A stretch of DNA of 64,000 nt from Spirochaetia bacterium. Its GTDB lineage: Bacteria > Spirochaetota > Spirochaetia > SZUA-6 > Bin103. Below, piece by piece: positions 18,292 through 28,151 of this stretch. The position numbers were made by a program, and so were the translations under genes. The DNA is taken from NCBI GenBank assembly GCA_965198005.1, contig CBDAOI010000001.1, positions 246,332-310,331 on the forward strand, in the 5' to 3' direction. The notes under the pieces were generated by a model. That model did no database searches, had not been told where the DNA came from, and saw only the letters and a list, made by a program, of their open reading frames with translations. Numbering within the stretch: the stretch's first letter is position 1; each line of letters starts with the position of its first letter.

Positions 18292-19716
18292 ATGAGCGAA
18301 GACCTTCACTTCAGCACGATCGCCGGGATCGCCGAGCTCATCAGGTCGAAACGGCTGTCGCCGGTCGAGCTGACCAAGAGCGTGCTTGGCCGTGTCGACC
18401 GGCTCGATAGCCGGTTGCACAGCTACGCGACGGTAATGGAGGAGCCGGCGCTGGCAGCCGCAGAACGAGCCGAGGTGGAGATCGCTTCCGGCAGCTATCG
18501 CGGAGCGCTCCACGGGGTCCCGGTCGCAGTAAAGGACCTGTGCTTCACCAGGGGTGTGCGCACGATGGGCGGCGCGCAGGTGCTGGCCGATCACGTGCCG
18601 GTGTTCGATGCCACCGTGGTCACCCGGCTGAAAGCGTCCGGCGCGGTGCTGCTGGGCAAGCTCAACCTCACCGAAGGCGCCATGGGCGGTTACCACCCGG
18701 AGTTCCCGATCCCCCGGAACCCCTGGGATTCCGGGCGGTGGGCGGGGGCATCCTCCAGCGGCTCCGGCGTGGCGACCGCGGCCGGGCTGTGCTTCGGCTC
18801 CCTCGGCAGCGATACGGGCGGCTCGATTCGCTTCCCAGCCGCGTGCAACGGGACGGTGGGTCTCAAGCCCACCTGGGGCCGAGTCAGCCGCTACGGTGTG
18901 CTGGCCCTGGCCGAATCGCTGGACCACGTCGGCCCCCTGACCCGAAGCAGCGCGGATGCCGGCATCATGCTGCAGGCGATCGCGGGACCGGACCCCAACG
19001 ATCCCACCTCGCTGCCTGTTCCGATGCCGGATATACTCGAACGGCCCGACCGGAGTATCGAGCGTATCGAAGGTGTCCGCGTCGGTTTCGATGAGCGTTA
19101 CGCGGTCCGGGACGTCGATCCGCAGGTTTCCGCGGCGGTGGTAGCCGCGGTCAAGGTTGTCGAGGGGCTCGGAGCCGAAATCGTCGAAGTGCGGCTCCCC
19201 GACGTCGATGAGGTCGATGAGTACGTCGCCGCGTGGACCGTGTTGTGCGCGGCCGAGGCGGTGGCCGCTCACCGCGCCACCTATCCGTCGCGTAAGGATG
19301 AGTATGGCCCCTGGTTCCGCGGCTGGCTGGATCTGGGGGCGCAGGTGAGCGGCGCCGAGTACGCCAGAGCGAACAACGCGCGGGCCGCCTGTACGGGGCA
19401 TTTGCGAACGGCATTCGAGCAGATCGATGCCCTTGCCTGCCCCGCTATGCCGGAGCTCCCTTTCCCGGTCACACCGGAAGCGCAGTGGTCCTCGTCACCG
19501 GTCGTCGACCAGGCGGTCTTTCGGCTGCAGCGGTTCACGGTGCCGTTCGATTACAACGGCGCGCCGACGCTCAGCCTGCCGTGTGGTAGGAGCAGTGAGG
19601 GATTGCCCTTGTCTCTGCAACTGGCAGGGAAACCGCTCGGCGAACCGTTACTGTGCCAGCTTGGCGCTGCGTACGAAGCGGCCACCGTGTGGCACAACAT
19701 GCATCCGGACATCTGA
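18292..19716 (+). CDS. Amidase-signature family amidase
   Basis: GVPVAVKD, GASSSGSG, GSDTGGSIRFPA catalytic motifs. Confidence 0.95.
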   Translation: MSEDLHFSTIAGIAELIRSKRLSPVELTKSVLGRVDRLDSRLHSYATVMEEPALAAAERAEVEIASGSYRGALHGVPVAVKDLCFTRGVRTMGGAQVLADHVPVFDATVVTRLKASGAVLLGKLNLTEGAMGGYHPEFPIPRNPWDSGRWAGASSSGSGVATAAGLCFGSLGSDTGGSIRFPAACNGTVGLKPTWGRVSRYGVLALAESLDHVGPLTRSSADAGIMLQAIAGPDPNDPTSLPVPMPDILERPDRSIERIEGVRVGFDERYAVRDVDPQVSAAVVAAVKVVEGLGAEIVEVRLPDVDEVDEYVAAWTVLCAAEAVAAHRATYPSRKDEYGPWFRGWLDLGAQVSGAEYARANNARAACTGHLRTAFEQIDALACPAMPELPFPVTPEAQWSSSPVVDQAVFRLQRFTVPFDYNGAPTLSLPCGRSSEGLPLSLQLAGKPLGEPLLCQLGAAYEAATVWHNMHPDI

Positions 19717-19806
19717 GCGCCATCGCCGACGCCTCGGTCGTCGTCGGTTGGTGCTGGATGATGCGGGTTGGTTGACGTGGCGGCAGCACGGCGGTAGCGT
19801 CTGACC

Positions 19807-20104
19807 ATGTTTGGAGCGCAGCTGTACAATGTCGGCACGTCGTGGGACGAGATCACGTCGGTACTGCGGGTGATGGAGGCGGGGACCTGGACCAGCGCCT
19901 ACGTCTATGACCATTTCGTTCCGCCCCTGGGCGGCAGGGCCGTCGAGACTCGGCCGAATCTGGAGGGCTGGATGCTGCTGGGTGGCATGGCGGCGGTCAC
20001 GACCAGTTGAAGAGTTCTGCTGCGCGGGGATCCCACAGCACCCCGCTGTGTATCAACGGCTGAACGAAGAGGTGCTACCCGCGTTCTCTCGCGGACTTCT
20101 CTAG
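19807..20104 (+). pseudogene. LLM-class oxidoreductase remnant with a large internal deletion
   Basis: N-terminal YDHFVPP..EGWMLL joined to C-terminal YQRLNEEVLPAFS. Confidence 0.7.
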
Positions 20105-20141
20105 AAATAACGTTTCTCCCGCCGCCTGATCTCCGGTCTCC

Positions 20142-20330
20142 CTATCGGCCTGATGGTAAAGGCCACCGCTCACCGGCCATAAACCCGCCGTCCACGTAAA
20201 TCAGCTGACCCGTGACGTAGTCCGAAGCCTTCGACGCCAGGAAAACGGCCGTCCCGGCCAGATCTTCGGGAATCCCGAGTCGACCGTGGGAGGTCTCGCC
20301 ACTGGCGAAGCGTCTCATTTCGGGAACCAG
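20142..20330 (-). pseudogene. SDR oxidoreductase, C-terminal fragment
   Basis: [34 protein letters not shown]. Confidence 0.85.
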
Positions 20331-20576
20331 TGCCGCATCCGCTGAACGGTTGCGGGAACCGACACGCACGTAGGAGCCGGCACGGGTTCGAACGGATGCA
20401 AATGATACGTGGTGACACTACTCAGCACTGCCACCGGTTAGCGCCCCAAAACCGACGCCCGAGGGCATTACGCTTGCGGATGCCGCGGCCGCCACAGCGT
20501 ACTGCACGTGAATCGATCTCAGCGATGCGGCGGTGGAGGTGCGATCTGTGCGATACTCAGGCGGAGGGATACGGTA

Positions 20577-20828
20577 GTGGCAACACGCAAGATCGCAATC
20601 GACATTCCCGAGAGTGTACTCCTGGCCGAGAAGACCGATGAGCGCCTGTTCGCCCGCGAACTGCGCATGCTGGCGGCGGTTAAGCTGTTTGAGCTCGGTC
20701 GCCTGTCGTCGGGCCGCGCTGCCGAACTGGCGGGAATGGTACGCGTAGAATTCCTGCTGGAGCTCGCTCGTTATCAGGTCTTTCCGCTCGAGGCCGAGTT
20801 GTCCGACCTGGAACGTGGGCATGGTTGA
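20577..20828 (+). CDS. UPF0175-family putative antitoxin
   Basis: AVKLFELGRLSSGRAAELAGM.RVEF; GGAGG RBS. Confidence 0.85.
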   Translation: MATRKIAIDIPESVLLAEKTDERLFARELRMLAAVKLFELGRLSSGRAAELAGMVRVEFLLELARYQVFPLEAELSDLERGHG

Positions 20829-21315
20829 TATCATTGTCAGCAACACCTCGCCACTGCTGTACCTCCACCGTATCGCGGCTTTGGACTGGCTGCCCAAGCT
20901 AGGGCGAGGAAGTGTGGATTCCTCGGGCGGTGCAGAAGGAGCTGTCGGAAGGAATGCGGAGAGGCTATGACGTTCCCGATCCACAGCGCTACGAATGGCT
21001 CACGGTGACTGACCCTCGCTCCATTCCATCTCAATGGCTGAATGTGGACCTGGGCGCGGGCGAGCTGGCTGTACTGGCTTTGGCGCTGGAGCACGCAGAA
21101 TGTACCGTTCTCCTGGACGATGGACAGGCACGCCGTATCGCACAGGCTGCCAGGCTGAACGTCTGGGGGACGTTGAGAGTTCTCATCGAGGCAAAGTCAC
21201 ATGGTTTGGTCGAACGAGTCGTTACCCATGTGGATCGATTGGAAGCCGCGGGAATGTGGATATCAACCGCGATCCGGCGTAGAGTACTCGCTCTGGCTGG
21301 CGAAAACGGACCTGA
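20821..21315 (+). pseudogene. DUF3368-family PIN-domain protein, frameshifted near 20903 and lacking its own stop
   Basis: IVSNTSPL, then VWIPRAVQKEL, LGAGE, LLDD, GTL in another frame; runs into a dppC fragment. Confidence 0.8.
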
Positions 21316-21321
21316 GGCTCC

Positions 21322-21400
21322 AAATCGTCATCATCTTCAGCATCACCATCGGCGCGGTCATCATCACCGAGGCTTCGCTGAGCTTTCTGGGCTTTGGGTC
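21322..21400 (+). pseudogene. dppC-type internal fragment
   Basis: IVIIFSITIGAVIITEASLSFLGFG. Confidence 0.82.
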
Positions 21401-21616
21401 GGCGCACTCCTGCCGATTGAGGGCGGTACTTCGTGCTGCACGCGCCGCGCCGGTCTGAGGACGCGAGTACCGCCGGCCGCGTCCATCGGCACGCCCCACA
21501 GGTGCTACGCCCATACTCCGGTTCACCGGTTCACCCGGTTCACACCGCGCTCGATCACCGCCGCGCCGACCGGCAGGTGTTCCACCTCGGTCCTTCCGCA
21601 ATAAGGAGCGCTCCCC

Positions 21617-22444
21617 ATGACCGAACACGTGCTCGAGCACTTTGACAACGGCATCTGTACTCTGACGTTGAACCGACCGGAAGCGCTCAATGCCATGAGC
21701 AATGACATGATGACAAGGCTTGAGGAAGCCATCCCCAGGGCTGCCGCCGACCCGAAGGTAAGAACAGTTGTGCTGACCGGCGCCGGCAGGGCTTTTTGCG
21801 CTGGCGGAGACGTAAAGGCCATGGCTGCTGAAGTCGGACCTGCTACTGTCGGTCGAAGTGGTGAACCGCCGAAGGCAGTTCCGACCCTGGAACAGCGGGT
21901 GCATGGCTTGCGTCAGAGAATGGAAATATGTCGATGGCTGCATGAAATGCCGAAACCCACCTTGGCCATCATCCCGGGTGCTGCGGCAGGCGCCGGTCTG
22001 GCGTTGGCCTTGGCCTGTGACATGCGTTTCGCCCTGGATACCGCTAAGATCACCACTGCTTTCGCAAAAATTGGTGGGTCGGGGGATTACGGCGGTTCCT
22101 ACTTTCTTTCGCATCTTGTGGGTGCGGCAAAAGCGCGGGAATTGTACTTCTCATCGGAAATCATTACTGGCCAGGAAGCCTTCGAGATGGGGTTGGTTAC
22201 CAGGGTTGCGAGTGCCGCTACCTTTGCGAAAGCTTCCCGTGCCTATGCTGAACATCTGGCAAGTCTGCCGACCATTGCCATCGGTTATATGAAGAAGAAC
22301 CTGAATGCGGCGGCAAATGGTACCTTGAGTGATGTCTTTGATCTGGAAGCCATGCACATGATGCGCTGTTTCATGACGGAAGATCACAAACTGGCATCCC
22401 GGGCATTTGTGAACAAGGAAACGCCAGTGTTCAAAGGTCGTTGA
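21617..22444 (+). CDS. Enoyl-CoA hydratase/isomerase (crotonase) family protein
   Basis: LTLNRPEALNA, AFCAGGD, AAGAGLALALACD; AAGGAG RBS. Confidence 0.93.
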   Translation: MTEHVLEHFDNGICTLTLNRPEALNAMSNDMMTRLEEAIPRAAADPKVRTVVLTGAGRAFCAGGDVKAMAAEVGPATVGRSGEPPKAVPTLEQRVHGLRQRMEICRWLHEMPKPTLAIIPGAAAGAGLALALACDMRFALDTAKITTAFAKIGGSGDYGGSYFLSHLVGAAKARELYFSSEIITGQEAFEMGLVTRVASAATFAKASRAYAEHLASLPTIAIGYMKKNLNAAANGTLSDVFDLEAMHMMRCFMTEDHKLASRAFVNKETPVFKGR

Positions 22445-22476
22445 TATTGAAGGAATCGATCGACGTGGCTGTGCTT

Positions 22477-22785
22477 CGGCCGAATCGCTGGACCACGTCG
22501 GCCCCCTGACCCGAAGCAGCGCGGATGCCGGCATCATGCTGCAGGCGATCGCGGGACCGGACCCCAACGATCCCACCTCGCTGCCTGCTCCGGTGCCGGA
22601 CATGCTCGAACGGCCTGATCGGAGTATCGAGCGTATCGAAGGTGTCCGCATCGGCTTCGATGAGCGTTACGCGGTTCGGGACGTCGATCCGCCGCGTGGA
22701 CCGTGTTGTGCACGGCCGAGGCCGTAGCCGCCCACCGGGCTACCTACCCGTCGCGCAGGGACGCGTATGGCCCCTGGTCCCGCGG
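22477..22785 (+). pseudogene. Partial duplicate of the amidase gene
   Basis: About 110 bp identical to the stretch starting at 18909, then diverging, with an internal deletion. Confidence 0.9.
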
Positions 22786-22905
22786 CCTGAAATCCCGGTG
22801 GTCGTGACTCGCCGACTCCGCCGTCGACTCAGCCCGCAGTGGGCGGACGGGGCGGACTCTTCACGATGGACAGCGGGCGCCGCCGGGGTGTAGAATGGAC
22901 ACACC

Positions 22906-24276
22906 ATGAATCGTGCCATGAATAGGCTGACAAAAGGTCGCAAGGGTCGCGTGCGGACGCTGGTCGTGCTGCTCGGCGTGCTGGTGGGGGTACCGGCGTT
23001 CGCGCAGGACGCGTCGGTGGCGAATCAGATCGCGAGCATCGTTACCGGGGTCGACACGCTCTGGGTGCTGCTGGCCGCGTTTCTCGTGTTCCTGATGCAG
23101 GCGGGGTTCGGCATGCTGGAGGCGGGCCTGATCCGGGCCAAGAACACCGCCAACATCCTGATGAAGAACCTGATGGACTTCTGCATGGCGTCGCTGGGGT
23201 TCTTCATCTTCGGCTACGCCATCATGTTCGGCTCCGGCAACGCCCTGTTCGGCGGCTCCGGTTGGATGCTGATCGGCGCCGAGTCGGCCGCCGACGTGCC
23301 GCTGTTCGCGTTCTGGCTGTTTCAGGCGGTGTTCGTGGGCGCCGCCGCCACCATCGTCGCCGGCGGCATGGCGGAGCGGATGAGGTTCCCCGCCTACGTG
23401 ATCTACTCGTTCCTGATCTCGGCGTTCGTCTACCCGGTGGTCGGGCACTGGATCTGGGGCGGCGGCTGGCTGGCGGGGATGGGCTTCACCGACTTCGCCG
23501 GCTCCACCGTGGTGCACGCGGTGGGCGGCTGGGCGGCGTTCATCGGCACCCGCGCCCTGGGGCCGCGCATCGGCAAGTACGGCCCCGACGGCAAGCCCAA
23601 CCTCCTGGTCGGGCACTCGCTGCCGCTGGCCTCGCTCGGCATGTTCCTGCTCTGGTTCGGCTGGTTCGGGTTCAACCCGGGATCGACCCTGGGCGTGGGC
23701 GACGGCTCGCTGATCGCGCGCGTGGCGATCAACACCAATCTGGCGGCCGCGTCCGGGGCGATTGCGGCCACCGCGACGGTATGGAAGGTAGCCGGCAAGC
23801 CCGATCTCACCATGGGCATGAACGGCGCCCTGGCGGGGCTGGTGGCGATCACCGCTCCCTGCGCGTTCGTGGAACCGGGACACGCGATCCTGATCGGCCT
23901 GGTGGGCGGCGTGATCGTGGTGTTCGGCGTGCTGTTCCTCGACCGGCACAACACCGACGACCCGGTCGGCGCCATCGCCGTGCACGGCATGAACGGCATC
24001 TGGGGTACGCTGGCGGTCGGAATCTGGGGCCAGGCGGCGCTGGGCGTCCCGCACGACGGGCTCTGGTTCGGCGGCGGCTTCGCGCAACTGGGCATCCAGG
24101 CGCTCGGCACCGTGACGGTGAGCGTGTTCATCATCGTGGTGATGGGGCTGTTCTTCAAGCTGATCGACTTGGTGGTCGGCCTGCGCGTGCCGCGCGAGGA
24201 GGAGTTGAAGGGGCTCGACTTGGCCGAGCACGGCGCCGACGCCTACGGCGGGTTCCAGGTGTTCACGACCGAGTAG
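22906..24276 (+). CDS. amtB: Ammonium transporter
   Basis: FLMQAGF, DFAGSTVVH, WFGWFGFN, DDPVGAIAVHG. Confidence 0.96.
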   Translation: MNRAMNRLTKGRKGRVRTLVVLLGVLVGVPAFAQDASVANQIASIVTGVDTLWVLLAAFLVFLMQAGFGMLEAGLIRAKNTANILMKNLMDFCMASLGFFIFGYAIMFGSGNALFGGSGWMLIGAESAADVPLFAFWLFQAVFVGAAATIVAGGMAERMRFPAYVIYSFLISAFVYPVVGHWIWGGGWLAGMGFTDFAGSTVVHAVGGWAAFIGTRALGPRIGKYGPDGKPNLLVGHSLPLASLGMFLLWFGWFGFNPGSTLGVGDGSLIARVAINTNLAAASGAIAATATVWKVAGKPDLTMGMNGALAGLVAITAPCAFVEPGHAILIGLVGGVIVVFGVLFLDRHNTDDPVGAIAVHGMNGIWGTLAVGIWGQAALGVPHDGLWFGGGFAQLGIQALGTVTVSVFIIVVMGLFFKLIDLVVGLRVPREEELKGLDLAEHGADAYGGFQVFTTE

Positions 24277-24373
24277 GGACACGTACCGCGGAGCCCGTAC
24301 CGCGGAGCTCACCGTGGAGACCGTTCGGCGCGCTGAAGCCGGGCCGGTCGGGCGGCGTCAGCGGTCCGGCGGA

Positions 24374-25027
24374 TCAGCGGTTCAGGTCGACGTTCTTGCC
24401 GGTGGTGACGAAGATCACCGCCTCGCAGATGTTGGTGGTGTGATCGCCGGCCCGTTCGAGTTGCTTGGCCACGAACAGCAGCGAGGTGGCCTGGGTGATG
24501 TTCTTCGGGTTCTCCATCATGTAGGTCAGCAGCTCGCGGAACAGTTGCGCGTAGGTCTCGTCCACCTTGTTGTCGCGCAGCGCCACCGCCTCCGCCAGCG
24601 CGCCGTCCTGGGTGACGAAGCTGTGCACCGAGTCGCGCAGCATGGCGCAGGTGTCCTCCGCCATCAGCGGAATCGTGATCAGGTGCTTGATCAGCGACTC
24701 CGACGCCAGCCGCTGGGCGACCTGGGCCACGTGCACTGCCAGGTCGCCGACGCGTTCCAGTTGGCGGCTGGCGTCCAGCGCCCCCACGATCTGGCGCAGG
24801 TCGGTCGCCACCGGCTGCTCGGTGGCCAGCAGGCGCAGGCACGCGTTGTCGATGTCGTGGTGCATGCCGTTGACCGCCTTCTCATCTTCGAGCACCTGGT
24901 CGGCGCGGTCGACGTCGTGCTGCTGCAGCGCCTGCACCGAGCTGCGGATCGACTGCTCCACCTGCTGCCCCATCGCGGTCAGCGAGGCCATGAGCTGTCC
25001 GATGGCGCGGTCGAATTCGCTGCGCAT
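24374..25027 (-). CDS. phoU: Phosphate signalling protein PhoU
   Basis: QPVATDLR, LERVGD and LERAGDH repeats; follows pstB. Confidence 0.95.
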   Translation of the reverse strand: MRSEFDRAIGQLMASLTAMGQQVEQSIRSSVQALQQHDVDRADQVLEDEKAVNGMHHDIDNACLRLLATEQPVATDLRQIVGALDASRQLERVGDLAVHVAQVAQRLASESLIKHLITIPLMAEDTCAMLRDSVHSFVTQDGALAEAVALRDNKVDETYAQLFRELLTYMMENPKNITQATSLLFVAKQLERAGDHTTNICEAVIFVTTGKNVDLNR

Positions 25028-25845
25028 CAGCCGAACCTGCCCGAGATGTAGTCTTCGGTCCGCTTTTCGTCGGGCGTGGTGAACACCTTGCCGGTCGGAC
25101 CGTACTCGACCAGGTACCCGGCGCGCCCCTCGTCCACCATCAAGAACGCGGTGAAGTCGGACACCCGCGCCGCCTGCTGCATGTTGTGGGTAACGATGAT
25201 GATGGTGTACCGGGCCGCCAGCTCCTTCATCAGGTCCTCGATGCGCAGCGTCGCGATCGGATCCAACGCCGAGCACGGCTCGTCCATCAGGATGATCTCC
25301 GGCTCCACCGCGATCGCGCGCGCGATGCACAACCGCTGCTGCTGGCCGCCGGACAGGCTCAGCCCGCTGTCGGCCAGCTTGTCCTTCACCTCGTCCCAGA
25401 GCGCCGCCCGGCGCAACGACTTCTCGACCAGCTCCTCCAGGTTGCCGGCAAAGCCGTTGACCCGGGCGCCCCACGCGATGTTGTCGTAGATCGACTTTGG
25501 GAACGGGTTTGGCTTCTGGAACACCATCCCGATCCGGCGCCGCACCTCGACCGGGTCGACGTCGGCGTCGTAGATGTTGCGCCCCTGGAAGTGGACCCTG
25601 CCCTCGGTGCGGGCGGCCGGCACCAGCTCGTTCATCCGGTTCAGCGCGCGCAGCACCGTGGTCTTGCCGCAGCCGGACGGGCCGATCAGCGCGGTGATCC
25701 GGCGGGTTCCGAAGCTCATGCTGACGTCGTTCACCGCCTTGAACGCGCCGTAGTAGACGTGCAGGTTCTCCATCGACATGGCGGCGGACTCGGCCGACGG
25801 CAACGGCAGGTCGACCGGATGCGAGGTTACCTGGGCGGCAAGCAC
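25027..25845 (-). CDS. pstB: Phosphate ABC transporter ATPase
   Basis: [45 protein letters not shown]; start codon uncertain. Confidence 0.95.
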   Translation of the reverse strand: MLAAQVTSHPVDLPLPSAESAAMSMENLHVYYGAFKAVNDVSMSFGTRRITALIGPSGCGKTTVLRALNRMNELVPAARTEGRVHFQGRNIYDADVDPVEVRRRIGMVFQKPNPFPKSIYDNIAWGARVNGFAGNLEELVEKSLRRAALWDEVKDKLADSGLSLSGGQQQRLCIARAIAVEPEIILMDEPCSALDPIATLRIEDLMKELAARYTIIIVTHNMQQAARVSDFTAFLMVDEGRAGYLVEYGPTGKVFTTPDEKRTEDYISGRFG

Positions 25846-25850
25846 GTGGG

Positions 25851-27086
25851 CTAGGCCCTCTGTTTTCCCGCGTAGTAGTTGCGCAGCAGGATCGCGCTGG
25901 CGTTGAGCGTGAGCAGCAGCACCAGCAGCACCAGAATCGCGGCCGCCGCCGCGTTGCGGAACTCGGCCTGGGGCCGGGCGGCCCACTGGTAGATCTGGAT
26001 TGGCAGCGTGGTGAACTTGGAGAACGGGCCGGTCGGATCCAGCGTGACCAGGGTCGAGGCCCCGACCACCACCATCGGCGCCGTCTCGCCGATGGCGCGC
26101 GACACGGCCAGGATGGTGCCGGTCAGGATCCGGTCCATCGAGCTGGGCAGCACGTGATCCCGAATCGTCTGCCACTTGGTGGCCCCGAGCCCGTAGCTGG
26201 ACTGGCGCAGACTGTCCGGCACCGCCTTGATCGCCTCCTGGGCGTTGATGATGATCACCGGCAGGATCAGCAGGCCGAGCGTGAGCCCGGCGGAGAGGAT
26301 GGTCCGGCCGTTGGCGCTGGCGTCGCTCGCGAGCCCGAACACCGCGCCGCTGGTGACCCGTTCCAGGGCGCGCACGAACACCGTCAACCCCAGCATCCCG
26401 TAGATGATCGACGGCACGCCGGCGAGATTGTTGATGTTGGTCTGAATCATGCGGTTCAGACGAGTGTCGCGCGCGTACTCTTCCAGATAGATCGCCGCCC
26501 CCACCCCGATCGGGAACGCGAACAGCAGGGTGATCAGGATGGTCCACAGCGAGCCCTTGATCGCGGCCCGCACGCCGGCGTCCTCCGGCAGGCTCGACTG
26601 CGGGCGGCTGATGAACGGACCGGACACCCAGGAGCGGAACACCAGGGTCGAGCCGGGCAGCTCGCGCCGGGCGAACTCGACGATCTCGGCGCGCCGAAAC
26701 AGCGAATCGGCCAGTGACCACGCGCGCGCCACCGACGGATCCACCACCCGCTCGACCACCAGCTCGTAGACCTGCTCGCGGCTGCGGTCGGCCATCGGCT
26801 GCTCATGCTCGAAGCGCCGCATCAGGCCGCGCGAGACGTGCGCGCGCAGCACCTCGGCCAGCATCTGCCGGTCCATCTGCTCCAGCGGCACGCCGGCGCG
26901 GGCCAGATCGCGCGGCTCGATCTGATTCTTGATCGCGACCAGCCCGAAGCTCTGATTGGCGATGGTCAGCAGCAGGGCGGTGAGCATCACGATGGCGATC
27001 GCGGTCGCCACGTGGAACGTCAGCCGCCAGATCAGGCTGGTGCGATGGCGCTGCGACAGATTGGAGGCGTACGCGGAACTGCTCAT
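25851..27086 (-). CDS. pstA: Phosphate ABC transporter permease PstA
   Basis: [28 protein letters not shown]. Confidence 0.95.
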   Translation of the reverse strand: MSSSAYASNLSQRHRTSLIWRLTFHVATAIAIVMLTALLLTIANQSFGLVAIKNQIEPRDLARAGVPLEQMDRQMLAEVLRAHVSRGLMRRFEHEQPMADRSREQVYELVVERVVDPSVARAWSLADSLFRRAEIVEFARRELPGSTLVFRSWVSGPFISRPQSSLPEDAGVRAAIKGSLWTILITLLFAFPIGVGAAIYLEEYARDTRLNRMIQTNINNLAGVPSIIYGMLGLTVFVRALERVTSGAVFGLASDASANGRTILSAGLTLGLLILPVIIINAQEAIKAVPDSLRQSSYGLGATKWQTIRDHVLPSSMDRILTGTILAVSRAIGETAPMVVVGASTLVTLDPTGPFSKFTTLPIQIYQWAARPQAEFRNAAAAAILVLLVLLLTLNASAILLRNYYAGKQRA

Positions 27087-28048
27087 TCGTACACCTCGCG
27101 GAACCGGCGCACGATCCGGCGGCTCAGCATGTTGAGCGCCAGCGTGATCAGGAACAGCACCAAGCCGATGGAGAAGATGCTCTCGTAGTCGATTGACTGG
27201 TAGCTCAGGTCGCCGCCGCTGATCCGTACGATGTGCCCGGTCATGGTCTCGGCGGCGCGCAACGGGTTGAAGGTGAAGGCGGGGCCGGCGCCGGCGGCCA
27301 GCGCCACGATCATGGTTTCGCCCACCGCGCGCGACAGCCCGACGATGAACGACGCGGCGATGCCGGAGAACGCCGCCGGCACCACCACCTTGACCGCCGT
27401 CTCCAGCCGCGTGGCGCCCAGCCCCAGCGCCGCTTCGCGCAGCGAGTCCGGCACCGCCGACAGCGCGTCTTCGGTCATCGACGAGATCAGCGGCAGAATC
27501 AGGATGCCGATGACGATCCCGGCCGAGGCGGTGTTGTAGATCTGGACCACGTTGTCGCCCAGCACGCCGCGCAGCAGCGGGGTCATGAAGGTCAGCGCGA
27601 AGTAGCCGTAGACCACGGTGGGGATGCCGGCCAGCACCTCGAGAATCGGCTTGAGGATGGCCCGCGTGCGGCTGCCGGCGTACTCGCTGAGGTAGATCGC
27701 GACGCTGAGGCCGATCGGGACCGCCACGCACCCCGCGATCAGGCTGGTGAGCACGGTCGCGTTCACCAGCGGCAGAATGCCGAACTTGCCGATCGCCGGC
27801 TGCCACTCGGTGGTGGTCAGAAACATCCACAGGTTGACCTCGTCGTTGCGAAAGAACCGGATCGACTCGCGCCCCAGCACCAGCACGATCCCGATCGTGA
27901 CGAAGATCGACACGATGCCGCAGAACACCAGCAGCAACTGGATGATCATCTCACCGGGGCGGCGCCGGTGGGTCAGCGGACCGCGGCGCGCGTGCGTACC
28001 GCTCACCACGGTGGCGCGCGCCGGCTCGATACGTTCCGTGCTCGACAT
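27083..28048 (-). CDS. pstC: Phosphate ABC transporter permease PstC
   Basis: LAGIPTVVYG, SRAVGETM. Confidence 0.95.
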   Translation of the reverse strand: MSSTERIEPARATVVSGTHARRGPLTHRRRPGEMIIQLLLVFCGIVSIFVTIGIVLVLGRESIRFFRNDEVNLWMFLTTTEWQPAIGKFGILPLVNATVLTSLIAGCVAVPIGLSVAIYLSEYAGSRTRAILKPILEVLAGIPTVVYGYFALTFMTPLLRGVLGDNVVQIYNTASAGIVIGILILPLISSMTEDALSAVPDSLREAALGLGATRLETAVKVVVPAAFSGIAASFIVGLSRAVGETMIVALAAGAGPAFTFNPLRAAETMTGHIVRISGGDLSYQSIDYESIFSIGLVLFLITLALNMLSRRIVRRFREVYE

Positions 28049-28151
28049 GCCGCCCTTACCGTGCCGGCCATTTATTAGGATTGTGTGAGCGAATGGTTGG
28101 TTTTTGCCATGCGCGGCCCCGGCGGTTTGACCGGACCGGACGCACCCGGGT

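Noticed and set aside
18292-19716. gatA assignment
   Set aside because: No gatB/gatC context and an accessory location; called a generic amidase
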